Positions 52,801 through 64,000 of a DNA stretch of 64,000 nucleotides are shown here, piece after piece. Source of the DNA: Epiperipatus broadwayi (taxonomy: Eukaryota > Animalia > Onychophora). The notes under the pieces are model-generated. The model made no database searches, was not told where the DNA came from, and was given only the letters and a program-made list of their open reading frames with translations. The translations under genes were made by a program, and so were the position numbers. The stretch covers positions 25,234,001 to 25,298,000 of the forward strand of contig JAQFVV010000003.1 of the NCBI GenBank assembly GCA_028023455.1. The letters are read 5' to 3'. Position 1 is the first letter of the stretch; each line of letters begins with the position of its first letter.

Positions 52801-52984
52801 TCAAATAATAAAGATAGTTAAGACTTTTAGAGTATTTGAATTCAGGTTATTGGGTTGAATAATGTAAAAAGAGTAAATGTGTTTGCTGGACATGTGTGTA
52901 AAATCCAATGCTCTTCTTTGATAAAAACTTAATACACACTAAAAATAAGCTTTATAAAGTAAATAAAATAACTAATTATATTGT

Positions 52985-53156
52985 GTTTTCTTGAAGGTTT
53001 GTGATGATGGTGTTCTAGTTGTATTTTTATATTGGACTATTTCCATAATCTAATATGAATATTGAAAGTCTTTAGAAAAATTAAAGTTAAATTTTTTTCA
53101 AGACATTCAATACTCATATTAGATGATGGAAATAGTCCAATGTAAAAATACAGCTA
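52985..53156. repeat. Dispersed repeat forming a long hairpin with arms of about 68 bp (53016-53084 and 53087-53156)
   Basis: TAGTTGTATTTTTATATTGGACTATTTCCATAATCTAATATGAATATTGAAAGTC pairs with GACATTCAATACTCATATTAGATGATGGAAATAGTCCAATGTAAAAATACAGCTA. A single-arm copy lies at 61609-61708. Confidence 0.85.
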
Positions 53157-53630
53157 ATTATATTGTTTTTCAAATTTTAGAAAAATTATCTTTCCAAAAT
53201 ATGATAATCCTTGGACTAATTGAAAATCACTGTAATTCATGTTATTTGAAAAATACTGATAATTATCTATATTCTAAATGAAGGACCATTCCAGGAAGAA
53301 TAGCTGAGAAATTTATAAAAATGAAGTACACTTATGGAAGTTTTTTTTATACTTGGAGTGAAATTTTAAATGTTATAGTTGGTATCCATCACCATGAAAA
53401 AAATAAGAAATGTGTGCTATCTACCTCTTAAAGTGAGAAAATAAGTACTGATAATTTTAAAAGTCACTCTGTTATTTTGTAAGCCTTTGCCTAAATTTGA
53501 CTTTCAAAAATTGCAAATAATAACTTTCAAAATTTTAATATTCATTTTTTATCTAAAAATCATATTTTCTTAATAATGTAAGGAAATAAACTTACTCATC
53601 CTATATATACATTTGAACTTTTTCTAATAC

Positions 53631-53773
53631 AAATATTAAATATGATGAAATATTGATCTACTCTCATATGTACTATACATATAATTAGTATACTCATATA
53701 TACTGAATTAAATTTTAGTCATGAAATTAATCTAATATCAGAGTAGATCAACATTTCATCATATTTAATATTT
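53631..53773. repeat. Small MITE-like inverted repeat (about 38-bp arms)
   Basis: AAATATTAAATATGATGAAATATTGATCTACTCT pairs with AGAGTAGATCAACATTTCATCATATTTAATATTT. Confidence 0.8.
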
Positions 53774-53999
53774 AAACAAAAGCAAAAATGTGATATTTAA
53801 TATTTGTGTTAGAAAAAATTCAAATGGCTCATTTTTTTGAATAAATTATTGCTTGACCCAGAGATGAAAAGTCTGATTGCCTACTTCTTGCTACACATAA
53901 GATAATGCAGTTTATGCAATCAATATCAAATTTTAAATCATGTAGCTGCTAACATAATCAACTTTGATGTTTGAGCTTTAATGACAGCCAGTGCAATTA

Positions 54000-54760
54000 A
54001 CATTGGATGCTAAACTATGCAGTAGTCAGAAACCTAGCTGATGTAATCTTCATAAGCCAGCCAAGTCAGCTTTTGATTTTTACATTTCTGCATGATGATA
54101 GTAACTAGCAGATTAAAGTAAAGATTATATGCATAGCAAAGACTGATTAGAAAGTTTAATATTGAGAATCCAGATGAATGAAGAGTGTTTGTTTATGCAA
54201 CTATAGAAAATTACTTATTTATGAACACAATTGGAGAAAGTAATATCAAGATATGCTATTTTATTTTGCATGGTGAAAAATGATCAAAATTATTAATCAC
54301 TTGTTTGAACCAGTAAAATTAGAAAATTTCTTTTATGAAAATAATAAGAAATTAAATGCTATTTCAATTCTTTATCCAGCTATTTATAGTTTAGATAGAG
54401 TAGTCATGAATTTAGGCATTTGGTTACAGATTAAGAATATATCCCAGTGTATATTGATATCTGAAAATGATTATCTCCCCAAATATCATGTTTTATCAGC
54501 AACACCCTCTGTGAATAAATATAAAAAAGAGAGGTCTTTTTGAGTCAGCTGTTTGAAGTTTCGACTTTATATTTATTACAGAGGATGTTGCTGAAAAAAC
54601 ATAACATTTGGAAGAGTGATTTGAACATTCTGATTACTCATTGTATGGAGAATTTTTTGAAGAAGCACTTCTAATAATCTCTCAGAGACATGACAGACAA
54701 AAGATTGAGTTGGCTTCTAGCTGATAGAGTTCCGTTAAAAGAATCAATTTTAAAATGCAT
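54000..54760 (+). pseudogene. Possible heavily decayed DNA-transposon transposase (Chapaev/CMC-like)
   Basis: ENPDE*RVFV resembles the P.EWRLFID motif and GC is locally raised. The remainder is too eroded to confirm. Confidence 0.25.
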
Positions 54761-55156
54761 ACTACACGAAATAGTATTGAATTAGACTACTGAATTTCAG
54801 AAAGAGAATGGAAATGATGGACAAAACTTGCAATACAAAAAAAAAAAAACATAAAAAATAATCATAAAATGTGGTCAAATTGGAATTTTACAAAAAGAAA
54901 ATTGTATTTTTCTGCAATGACCATATAACATAAAATTATAAACATATTTCAAGGAATATAACAATTATGTTTTTAAAAGAGCATGTCACATTTACATATA
55001 AATGAAGAGGAAAAAGAAATAAATCTTAACCCATTCTGCCATATCACTTGGCTGAAAAGTGAAAATGAAAATCACCTAAGGGCATTCTGACATAACAGAA
55101 CAACAATTTTTTTTATAGCCTGCTAAGATCATCTGAGTCTCTTATTCTAATTTGAA

Positions 55157-55265
55157 TTATTATTATTTTTTTCTCATGTGTCATAGCATCAGCCGGGAAG
55201 CGAACCTGCTAACCCGGGACAACTACTCATAAAGCAGCTATCGCTGACCTCTCGACCACCAATGC
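55157..55265 (-). mobile_element. tRNA-derived SINE, family A, copy 2
   Basis: Reverse complement GCATTGGTGGTCGAGAGGTCAGC...GTTGTCCCGGGTTAGCAGGTTCGCTTCCCGGCTGATGCTATGACACATGAG followed by an A/(TAA)n tail. Confidence 0.8.
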
Positions 55266-56870
55266 TTATTGATTGCAAAATAATGACAAATGGCTAAAAA
55301 ATAACGAGACATTACAATTTATTCACACATACTCTATACATAAAGATAACACACATGATGGCATAAATTGACTGCCTAGTTAATTTATACACAAGTTAAT
55401 GAATGAATGATTGATTCAGTAATTAAGTTTAATCTTGCGATATACGGTATAATACAGTTTAAATGCTTCTTAACACATATTAAGTAATTATGAAAAGATA
55501 TAAACTCGCTGCATAGATTAACAATTACAAGCAGTTATTATTATAGCTTTCAAATTAATAAACCTACAAACTGAGGTTATAATAGATTTTATAAACTATT
55601 TAAATAACCAGACCGACATAAATACTTTCAGGCTGTATTGCAGGTAAGTAATAAAATAATATATAAGCAAATGTAAAAGGCAATATGGGCATTACATTAT
55701 TTTTTGATAAATACATACATGTGAGCTGGGAGCATGCTATAGGATAGGAATTTGTGTCTATCACATATTAAGCGAAAAAGTGACCAGCAGTCTTGCAGAT
55801 GGTATCATCCATGACAAGTACAAAGCGACAGATAATATACGATAGGAATTTCCATCTACCACATACTATTGCACTAAATAAAATAGTGAATAATAAAATA
55901 CATATTGAATTTCGTATGTAAACAAAACAGCCTGAAATAAAGGTTACAGCAGTTCACTTACATCAATACTCTCTCTTATCCTTCCTCAAAACTATTAATG
56001 ATTCAATAAGACATTGATTTGCAAATATATATATATATATCTTTTTGTAAAGAATTTAAAATATAAGACCTATATTGAGTTTTAATGAGAGTTGGGGAAA
56101 AATGACGGTAATCAACAGTTTCTTTATTGTTTGAAGCAAGCTTAAAAGTTTACAAAATCTTTCCTTTAATATATATAAAGCTTTAATTATTTTATTTATT
56201 GTATAGAATTTCGTATTCACGGCACACATGTTCAATTTATATAACTGTAGAAATGAGAGGGTGGGGGTGTTGAAATATTTTCTCTTTTCCTAGAGTTGAT
56301 AAGACCAAAATCCTAAACTATTAATCGGCCTTTTCTCCTTATCAGTTTATTGATTACGACACGTAAATAAAAATAATTGTTTCATTCAGTTAACCAAAAA
56401 TAGTTTTCTGAATAAATGTCAGCTCTGGTTAAATTCATCTTTTACCTTAGAATTTAAAGGATGTTTAATTTTAAAAATAGAAACAGACTTTTTAATGAAA
56501 AGAAAATACAAATTGACAAATTACAATAGCTGCCGCTATAGATGATGTCCTATTATAAAAAAAAAACGAGTTAAATATACAATCACTTTCCATAAACTGG
56601 GTTCAAATCCATATTGGGTAAAACTTGAACAGTTTTTCAGTTTCCAACCGTGCTTAAGCTTCTTTTTTTAAAAGTAATTAGTCTATAGCTAGTTTAAATA
56701 ACTATCGGATGTTGCTCAGCAAATGGATATTTAGCATTTAACTCGCACCCCTTATCAATAGGAAAACCTGGGAAGTGAGACCTTCTTCATAATCGTCTTT
56801 GCATAAGGAACTAAAAAAAGTTGTTTATCTTTATAAAATTATTTACAAGCTGTTATACTTTTTTATATAT

Positions 56871-57111
56871 CTGTGCTCTGCGCAATTTGGTGTAGACGGT
56901 GGAACATCTGACTTAGGATCTGTAGGTTCCAGAATTGATTCTGGTGCTCAAACTTCTTATGAACTTCTGAGCAATATGCATGCTTTTTGCCCTGTGCAGT
57001 TCAGCACAGTTGATAGAGCATCTGATTTGGTTTGGTAGATCCCAATATCAATTCTGGTGCTCACAGGTTTGGCATTCAAACTTCTTACGAACTCCTGAGC
57101 AATAAAGCCAT
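56871..57111 (+). mobile_element. Two tandem tRNA-derived SINEs, family B (56871-56975 and 56989-57111)
   Basis: Both have a head with ATCTGA(C/T)TT.G and the tail CTGGTGCTCA...CAAACTTCTTA(T/C)GAACT.CTGAGCAAT. Confidence 0.75.
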
Positions 57112-58322
57112 GTGACTTTGTCATCTACCTATTTGTTGGTCTATATATCCATCCATTTGTTCATCTATATAGTTTACATATTCTATGCTTTTATTCCTAG
57201 GATTAAATTGAATATTGTATTTTTTAAAGCATTTTCAACTATAAGAACTCTCAAGGAACACAAGACCATCACATGACTCCATCTTGCTTATAGTTGTTTA
57301 ACAGCTTGCTTTTTGTACTTTGTCTATAGTATTTACTGTTGTTAGCTTTAATAAGTAATGATTGATGCTGCTTAACTAATTCCTATCTTGTGTTCCTCAT
57401 TGATGAAAGTCATAAACTTGTAAGTAGTTGGGCGATTTTGGACAGGATAGGAATTTATTAAGTACTGTCATCTGATATCTGTTATTGCTCATTAAAATTT
57501 ACAGTAAGTGGCATAAAGAAAGTGAAAAGATGCATTGCTAAGACCCAAGTTTTGATTGGAATAGTAAAAATTGTCATCTGTATATGTATGTCTGTAACTT
57601 TCATAATAATTCATCATTGCAATTACTGATATTTTAATTTGCAGTAACTTGGCTAATTGACTTTGGATAATCAATGATTTATTGTACACATAAAAGATAT
57701 GAAATAATCAATTACATAATTTATTACAATAAAAAGTTTAAATTTAAAATCAATAAATAAGATCAACGGAGTAGCTAGCATTCACTAAGTTTATTATGAA
57801 TTAAGACATTAGATGACTCGTACAGTAGCCAATTTTTGAACTGTAAACTATGACATACAAAACTTATATTCTGGTAGTGGGAGAATCTCTTTTATCTGCT
57901 ATGCTCTTAAATATTATCAGTTATAAATTATGGTCTATTTTGTTTTGTGAATGCTCATGTTTAAGAACTTGCCACACTTAATGAAATGGGTTTTCTTGAA
58001 ATCAATTTTGCAAATCTTGATTTATTATAGCTTAAAATTTCGAAGTTCACTATTACATATCATCTAATATTTTATTTCATGGTAAGCTTAATAAATGATA
58101 ACTAATTCATATAAGACATATAATTTATAGCATATACATACTTTATATGCTTTTTTAAATTTACCAATTTGTCCCCCACCCTCTGTATGTTCATGCAAAC
58201 TAACTTTTTAACCTTTCCAATTCTATATTTTTGTATGACTGCACAATTAAATTTTGTTTCTTTCTAACACAGAAAATTTTGTATATGTGCAGGCTAGCAT
58301 ATTTAAAATGAAAAATCTAAAA

Positions 58323-60945
58323 CAGCGGTTCTCGACCTGTGAGCTGTAATCCATTTGAGGGTCTAACAACCCTTTCACAGGGGTTGCCATGAGTATCCAG
58401 AATGATGTCATTATTGTACCAACTCTATTACATACATCCCATAAAAATTACAGTGTATGTGACAACATTAATGCCATAATGTACTTATGCAGACCAGTCA
58501 CGTATATGCAGAGAGCAGCTACAGTGTTAAAAGCAGCTAATATGTTGAAGGTAGCAGTATTGGAAAAATAAAACAACACTTCATAAATTATAATTACTGG
58601 CTAAATTTAAAATCAACTACTGCAAAACAAATCTGTAACATGAACCCTTCATCTGAATGCTGATTGTTTTTTTTATATTCAGTTGTGGTTGATGTGAATA
58701 CTGCCTCTTTATGATAGTAGTTGGTATGTAAAAAAAAAACAGCACTGAGAATGGTAAATCATAGGAAACTTCAATGCACTGTATTGACTAAACTATGCCA
58801 TGTTTCATTTTTTGTATTATTAAAGTTATTGTTATATATTATTTTCATTATCAAACCATCCCATGACAATGGATCATGTAGAGAAGAATGTTAAGAAAAT
58901 AAAATATAATGATAATTTTTTGCAGTATGGTTTTAGCTCAATAATTACCACAGGAATTGAAAAACTGCAATGTGTTATTTGTTGTGATGTTCTATCAGCC
59001 AAATGTATGAAGCTAAACAAACTAAAATGCTATTTTGAAAGCAAGCATTCAAACTTTGCCAGCAAGGATACCAACTATTTTAGAAGCAAAGATGATGAAC
59101 TCAAGAAAGTCAGATTTGATACTGGTGGCAAATACTACAAACAAAACATAGCAACCATTGAAATTTCATATTTGGTGGCACTTAGAATTGCCAGATCTAT
59201 GAAACCTCCCACCATTGCTGGGGATTTACTATTGCCAGCAGCCAAAGACATTGTTTAAGTTATGATCAGAGATGAAATTCTTATGAAATTGAGAATTTCC
59301 TTATCTAATGACACTTTTTGCAGAAGAATAGATGATATGTCTGCTGATATTCTTGATCAGGTAATCCAGGAAATTAAATCTGTACCACTTCCAGTATTTA
59401 GTATTCAGCTTGAAAAATCTATAACAGACTTTAAAGATGAGTTTCTTTTTTACAAACCTCTTGAAATAAAAACTACTGCACATGATGTTTTTGACACAGT
59501 TGGTTAATTTCTGAAAAAACATAAGATCTTATAGGAAAAAGTTTGTGGTGTTTGCACAGATGGTGCTCCAGCAATGCTAGGATGTTGATCTGGATTTCAA
59601 TGTTTGGTACTGAATGAGTCACCAAAAGTCATTGGAACTCACTGTATGATTTATTGGCAAATATTAGCAACAAAGACACTGACACAAGAGTTACATAAAC
59701 GAATGAAAAGGATCATAAGTTGTGTCATTTTTATAAAAGTGAGCCCTTTAAATAGTCAAGTATTTTTGCAACTGTGCAATGAGTTGGATGCTCTAAACAA
59801 TGCTCTGCTATTTCACACTGAAGTAAGATGGTCGTCAAGAGGAAAGGTTTTGAAATATGTCTTTGAGCTTTGTAATGAACTCAAAATGTTTTTTTATCAG
59901 AAGGCAAGACTGCAATTTGAAGCACTTTTTGATGACAAAAATGAACTGCAGAAAATAGCTTACTTGGTTAAAATCTTAGCCATCTTGAATGAGTTAAATT
60001 TATCACTGCAAAAAACAAATACAACATGTCTCAATTTGTCTAAAAAGTTGTGATCATTCCAAATGAAACTTCAGTTTTGGCAAAAAAAATTGGATGAAAA
60101 TAAAATTTACATGTTGCCTACTTTATGTGCTTTCTTTGAGGAACATATCGTCGAACCAGACAAAAAGATTATAATGATAATTTCTGTGAAAAAACACTTG
60201 CACATGCTTGCAGATGAAATTTCATCATATTTTCCAAATCTATCTGATACCCCATTTGTACTTGCCAAAAGTCCAGTCACAGTCAACTTTGAAGATATTC
60301 CTGTGTCAGAGTTTATTGAACTTATTAATAATGATGTGGCAAGAACGGATTTTTCTAAAATGCCAGTTATAAAATTCTGGATCAAGTATTTGCAGTTATA
60401 TCCTGCTCTGTCTGAAACAGTGTTGCACTCCCTTTCTTCCATTTCCAACAACATATCTTTGTGAAGCAGGTTTTTCCAGCTTGTTGCTTATAAAGTTTAA
60501 ATATAGAAGTAGACTTGTTGTGGAAGATGATCTGTGTTGTTCTCTTGCAAAGACTGCCCCAAGAATTTCTGATCTGGTGAGAAAAAAGCAATCTCAACCT
60601 TCACACTGACCTTGGCTTTTTATGCATATTGTCACAAGATGTAGCAATATAGTTTGCTGTTGTTATATTAAGACTATTACCATGCTTCAAAAAAAATTTC
60701 ATATATCTATAATTAGAAATAAATATTTCACAATATATAATTACTACTTGTTTTTAAGATTAATCATTACACCTTAATTATGTTCAATTTGTAATAATGA
60801 AAATACATTCTACATATTACAATTCATAACAGTAGCAAAATTACAGTTATAAAGTAGTAACAAAAATAATTTTAAGGTTGGGGGTCACCTCAACATAAGG
60901 AACTGTATTAAAGGGTCACAGCATTAGGAAGGTTGAGAACTACTG
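58323..60945 (+). mobile_element. SPIN (Space Invader) hAT/Buster DNA transposon, near full length
   Basis: TIRs CAGCGGTTCTCGACCT and AGGTTGAGAACTACTG; 3' end GGAACTGTATTAAAGGGTCACAGCATTAGGAAGGTTGAGAAC as recalled for SPIN/URR1; TSD ATCTAAAA (58315-58322) versus ATCTTAAA (60946-60953). Confidence 0.92.
58863..60609 (+). pseudogene. SPIN transposase (BED zinc finger + hAT catalytic domain), multiple stops and deletions
   Basis: MTMDHVEKNVKK.KY...FLQYGF...QCVICCDVLSA, SLSNDT..RRI.DMS, CTDGAPAM, LLFHTEVRW.SRGKVL and ...KKQSQPSH* match the SPIN transposase as I recall it. Confidence 0.92.
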
Positions 60946-61608
60946 ATCTTAAATCTTTTAATATATGAAATATAAAATAGAAATGCTTAGACATTATAAG
61001 TATGAAACATATCTAATATCAAAAATCTAACAACATCTTAAAATATTTCAATATAAAAAATATAAGCATTCAACTTATGAAATAGACATTTTGTACTTGA
61101 ACACAAATATTTTAGCATACAAAATATAAAATAGAAATCTTAAAATATATGTATAAAATATATATTACAAAATCAAAAGCCTAAAATATTAAATATATAA
61201 AATTTATATATGAAAGCCTAATTTTAAAAAATTTTTCAATACGAGAAATAATAGGTAAAAATAGTTTTCTTGAAATATTTCAGTACATAAAATATGTTAT
61301 CAAAAAAAAATTAGTAATTTGCCATTTAAGTTTTATTGCACAGTAAAAAAGTAGCTTTTAAAATTTATGGAAGCATGAAAAAACTCAGCAGAAAAGGAAA
61401 AATACAGTGAGATCTTCTGATTAATTTTGTGGAAGGAAAGCATTGATTTGCTGTGAGTTCAGTTGCTATCTATCAAAAAATATAAGAAAGCTGAATTGGG
61501 ATTAATTATTAAATGATCAAAGATATGAACATTTAATATAATAGATGCCATTAAAAGTATTTCTTACTCTAATAGTGAGAGTCAAGATATAAATCAGGAA
61601 TAACTCTT

Positions 61609-61708
61609 GTTTTCCTGAAGGTTTGTGATGTTGTTGTTCTAGTTGTATTTTTATATTGGACTATTTCCATAATCTAATATGAGTATTGAATGTCTTTAAA
61701 AAATTTAA
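61609..61708 (+). repeat. Single-arm copy of the 52985-53088 repeat
   Basis: GTTTTC(C/T)TGAAGGTTTGTGATG...GTTCTAGTTGTATTTTTATATTGGACTATTTCCATAATCTAATATGA is shared. Confidence 0.85.
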
Positions 61709-61773
61709 CTTTATTTAAATATTCCAAATACATTCAACTATTAGTAATATCACAGCACACGGGTTAGTATATG

Positions 61774-61915
61774 CACAACATTTCAAGAAGTATCCTCTTC
61801 TTCGGGTGTTGATGGCCTGACCAGTGATAGTATTAGCATGGGATTCAATCCTGTATCTTTAGATTTTTGAATATTGAATTTTAAGGTAATGCTCTAACCA
61901 ACTGAGTCATCCTAC
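61774..61915 (-). ncRNA. tRNA-like Pol III head followed by a degenerate hammerhead-like motif
   Basis: Reverse complement GGATGACTCAGTTGGTTAGAGC (A box)...GGATTGAATCCC (B box)...CAC-CCGAAGA-AGAGGATACTTCT-TGAAA-TGTT-GTG. Confidence 0.45.
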
Positions 61916-61947
61916 CAAATGCAACAGTCAGTAGAAATTTCATATAC

Positions 61948-63520
61948 TTATCTATGAGATTCCTCCTGATTTCTCCACTTTTTCCTAAGAACAAAATTGG
62001 TTAGTGGTTTCCATATATTATGTATAGTCACACTAGATTGGCTTATGGGATTTTTTGCCATTGTCATGTGAGCAGTTTCTTTAAAGTTTCTTCTTTGTAC
62101 TCTTTCTTCTCTATCCAATATTTTTGTATTTTCCCAGTTAAACATATGTCCATTGACACATATTGTCTGCTATCTTAGACACATCTGTTTTCTCTCTTCT
62201 AATCATCAGTTTGTGTTCTTGCAAGTGCTTTTCAATGGGATGACTGTTTTCAACCATACATATGTTCTTCTACATTCACATGACACTTCATAGATACAGT
62301 TTTTTCTTTTCAGCATTTTAAGTTTAGGTTTTGTAGATGTTAGAATTTCTTTTAGTGTGGTATGGCTCTGGAAAGCTTTTCTGATGTTATACTAATTGCA
62401 GATTTTCCTGAATTTGTCTGCTATTTTTGGCATGTATGGATACACTACAGTATCAATAATTATTTTTTCTCTTGATGGTTCTTTTTGTTGTCTATTTAAT
62501 GTTTTCCTAATGATAGCTGATAGATAACAATTTTCCATAAGAGTTTGTTCTACATAAATATCTTTTCTTTTTTCAAATCACTGGTTTCTAATCAAATGTC
62601 TTTTGCTCTGTTCCATAGTGATAGTATAAATCCATGTTTTGTGTTTCTTCTGTGATTGAACATATAAGCTAGGTATTTTCCTGTATGTATAGATTTTTGC
62701 TAAACTGTAGTTTTGCTTTTGCCATGAGGGAGTCTTGTCACAAGAACATCTAAGAGTGCCAATTTTTGTTATTGTTCTGATTCTATTGTGAATTTAATTG
62801 AAGGGGATATTTTATTCATGTGCTTTCAGAAAGTTTGTAGCAGTGCTTCACCATGAGGCCATAAACAAATGTATCATCCACACACTGAAGCCAAACTTTA
62901 GGTGGATATGGAGTAATTTTTAATGGCTAAGATTTCAAGTTCTTCCATGTAAATATTGCTAATGAGGGGAGACAATGGTGAGTCCATAGCCATTCCTTGA
63001 TTTTGTTGAAAGAATTCTGTGTTATATTGAAAGTGGGTTGTTTTTATGCAGAATGTTAATAATTCCATTACACTATCAATAGGAAGAGCTGTTCTGGTTT
63101 GTAAACTATTATCACCATTTAATCTTTCCTTAGAATAGACAATGCTTCTTCACATGGTACATTCACAGATATACTTTCCACATTAAAGCTTACCAATAAG
63201 TTAGTTCTTTCAATTTTCACATTCTTGATTAATTCTACAAAGTGTTTAGAATCCCTGACAAAGGACTGGGTCTTGTATGCCAAAGGACTTAGAACTTTGA
63301 GAAAAAATCTTGCCAAATTTTGTCAAGGAAAATCTCTAAAACTAACAATAGGTCTTAATGGAACATGATCCTTATGAATTTTAGGTAGACCATAAAAATG
63401 AGGAATTTTGCTAAAATATAATGTTATTTTACTTTTTTCTGAATCAGTCCAATATATAAAGACAACTGGAATAACTCTTACCTAAAAAATCAAGAGGAGA
63501 GGGGGAAGTTGCTCTATATC
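61948..63520 (-). mobile_element. Decayed Penelope-like element (RT + GIY-YIG)
   Basis: PHFYGLPKIHKDHVPLRPIVS, LVSFNVESISVNVP, AMDSPLSP..ANIYME and VDDTFV (RT); CIYEVSCEC..TYV..., LQEHK and HMFNWENTKILD.E (GIY-YIG). Confidence 0.9.
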
Positions 63521-64000
63521 TAATAATTTTTTTAAACACACTTCTGGCATATATATTTCTGCTAGCAATATTTGTATAAACATTAAATAATCAATAGAAA
63601 TCAAATCAGAAAGATTAGATAGTGTAAAGTGGTTGCATTTCCCCCTATTTTTCAATTGTTAGAACAAAATGAAATCACCATGTTCAAAATAACAAACCAA
63701 AAGAAAGACAAACAACAATCAAACAAAAACAAATCATTTGTATGTTTTGGGAAAATGTAGTATGTTATTTTCTGTATTTAATACTCTATTTTTCATTTTT
63801 TTCAAAAATCATCAATGAAAATTGTTAAGTGCTCTTCCTAATTTTGTCTGGATTATAAAAAGTTGTGGATTGGATTTACAATTAAAACATTATATCAGTA
63901 AATCATAAAAATATATTCTGGAAAATATATCAATATCTATGCATTCTATATTTGTATAAGTATGAGAATATTTATTTTTTCTAACTGATTATCCATTCCA

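Overview
Very AT-rich, CpG-depleted animal genomic DNA, probably from an arthropod (inferred from composition, the transposon set and a TTAGG-containing repeat; species not determinable). No host protein-coding gene can be called with confidence. The coding signal is almost entirely decayed or near-intact transposons: three L1/Tx1-clade LINEs (one full length with ORF1 zinc knuckles, nested in a mariner), an RTEX/CR1-like LINE with PHD and SGNH-esterase ORF1 (nested in a hAT MITE with an 8-bp TSD), a 5'-truncated RTE LINE with a 13-bp TSD, two Penelope-like elements, and a near-full-length SPIN (Space Invader) hAT transposon. There are at least two tRNA-derived SINE families and several long fold-back inverted repeats. 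The most striking items are (i) an apparently intact minimal type I hammerhead ribozyme at 38229-38272 within an inverted pseudo-LTR-like repeat, with several degenerate hammerhead-like relics elsewhere, one fused to a tRNA-like Pol III head at a Penelope 3' end; (ii) the SPIN copy, a family known for horizontal transfer among tetrapods and a few invertebrates; and (iii) an interstitial (TTTAGGGTTAGK)8 hybrid telomere-like array in a CpG-rich segment. All family assignments come from motif recognition by eye; no database search was run.
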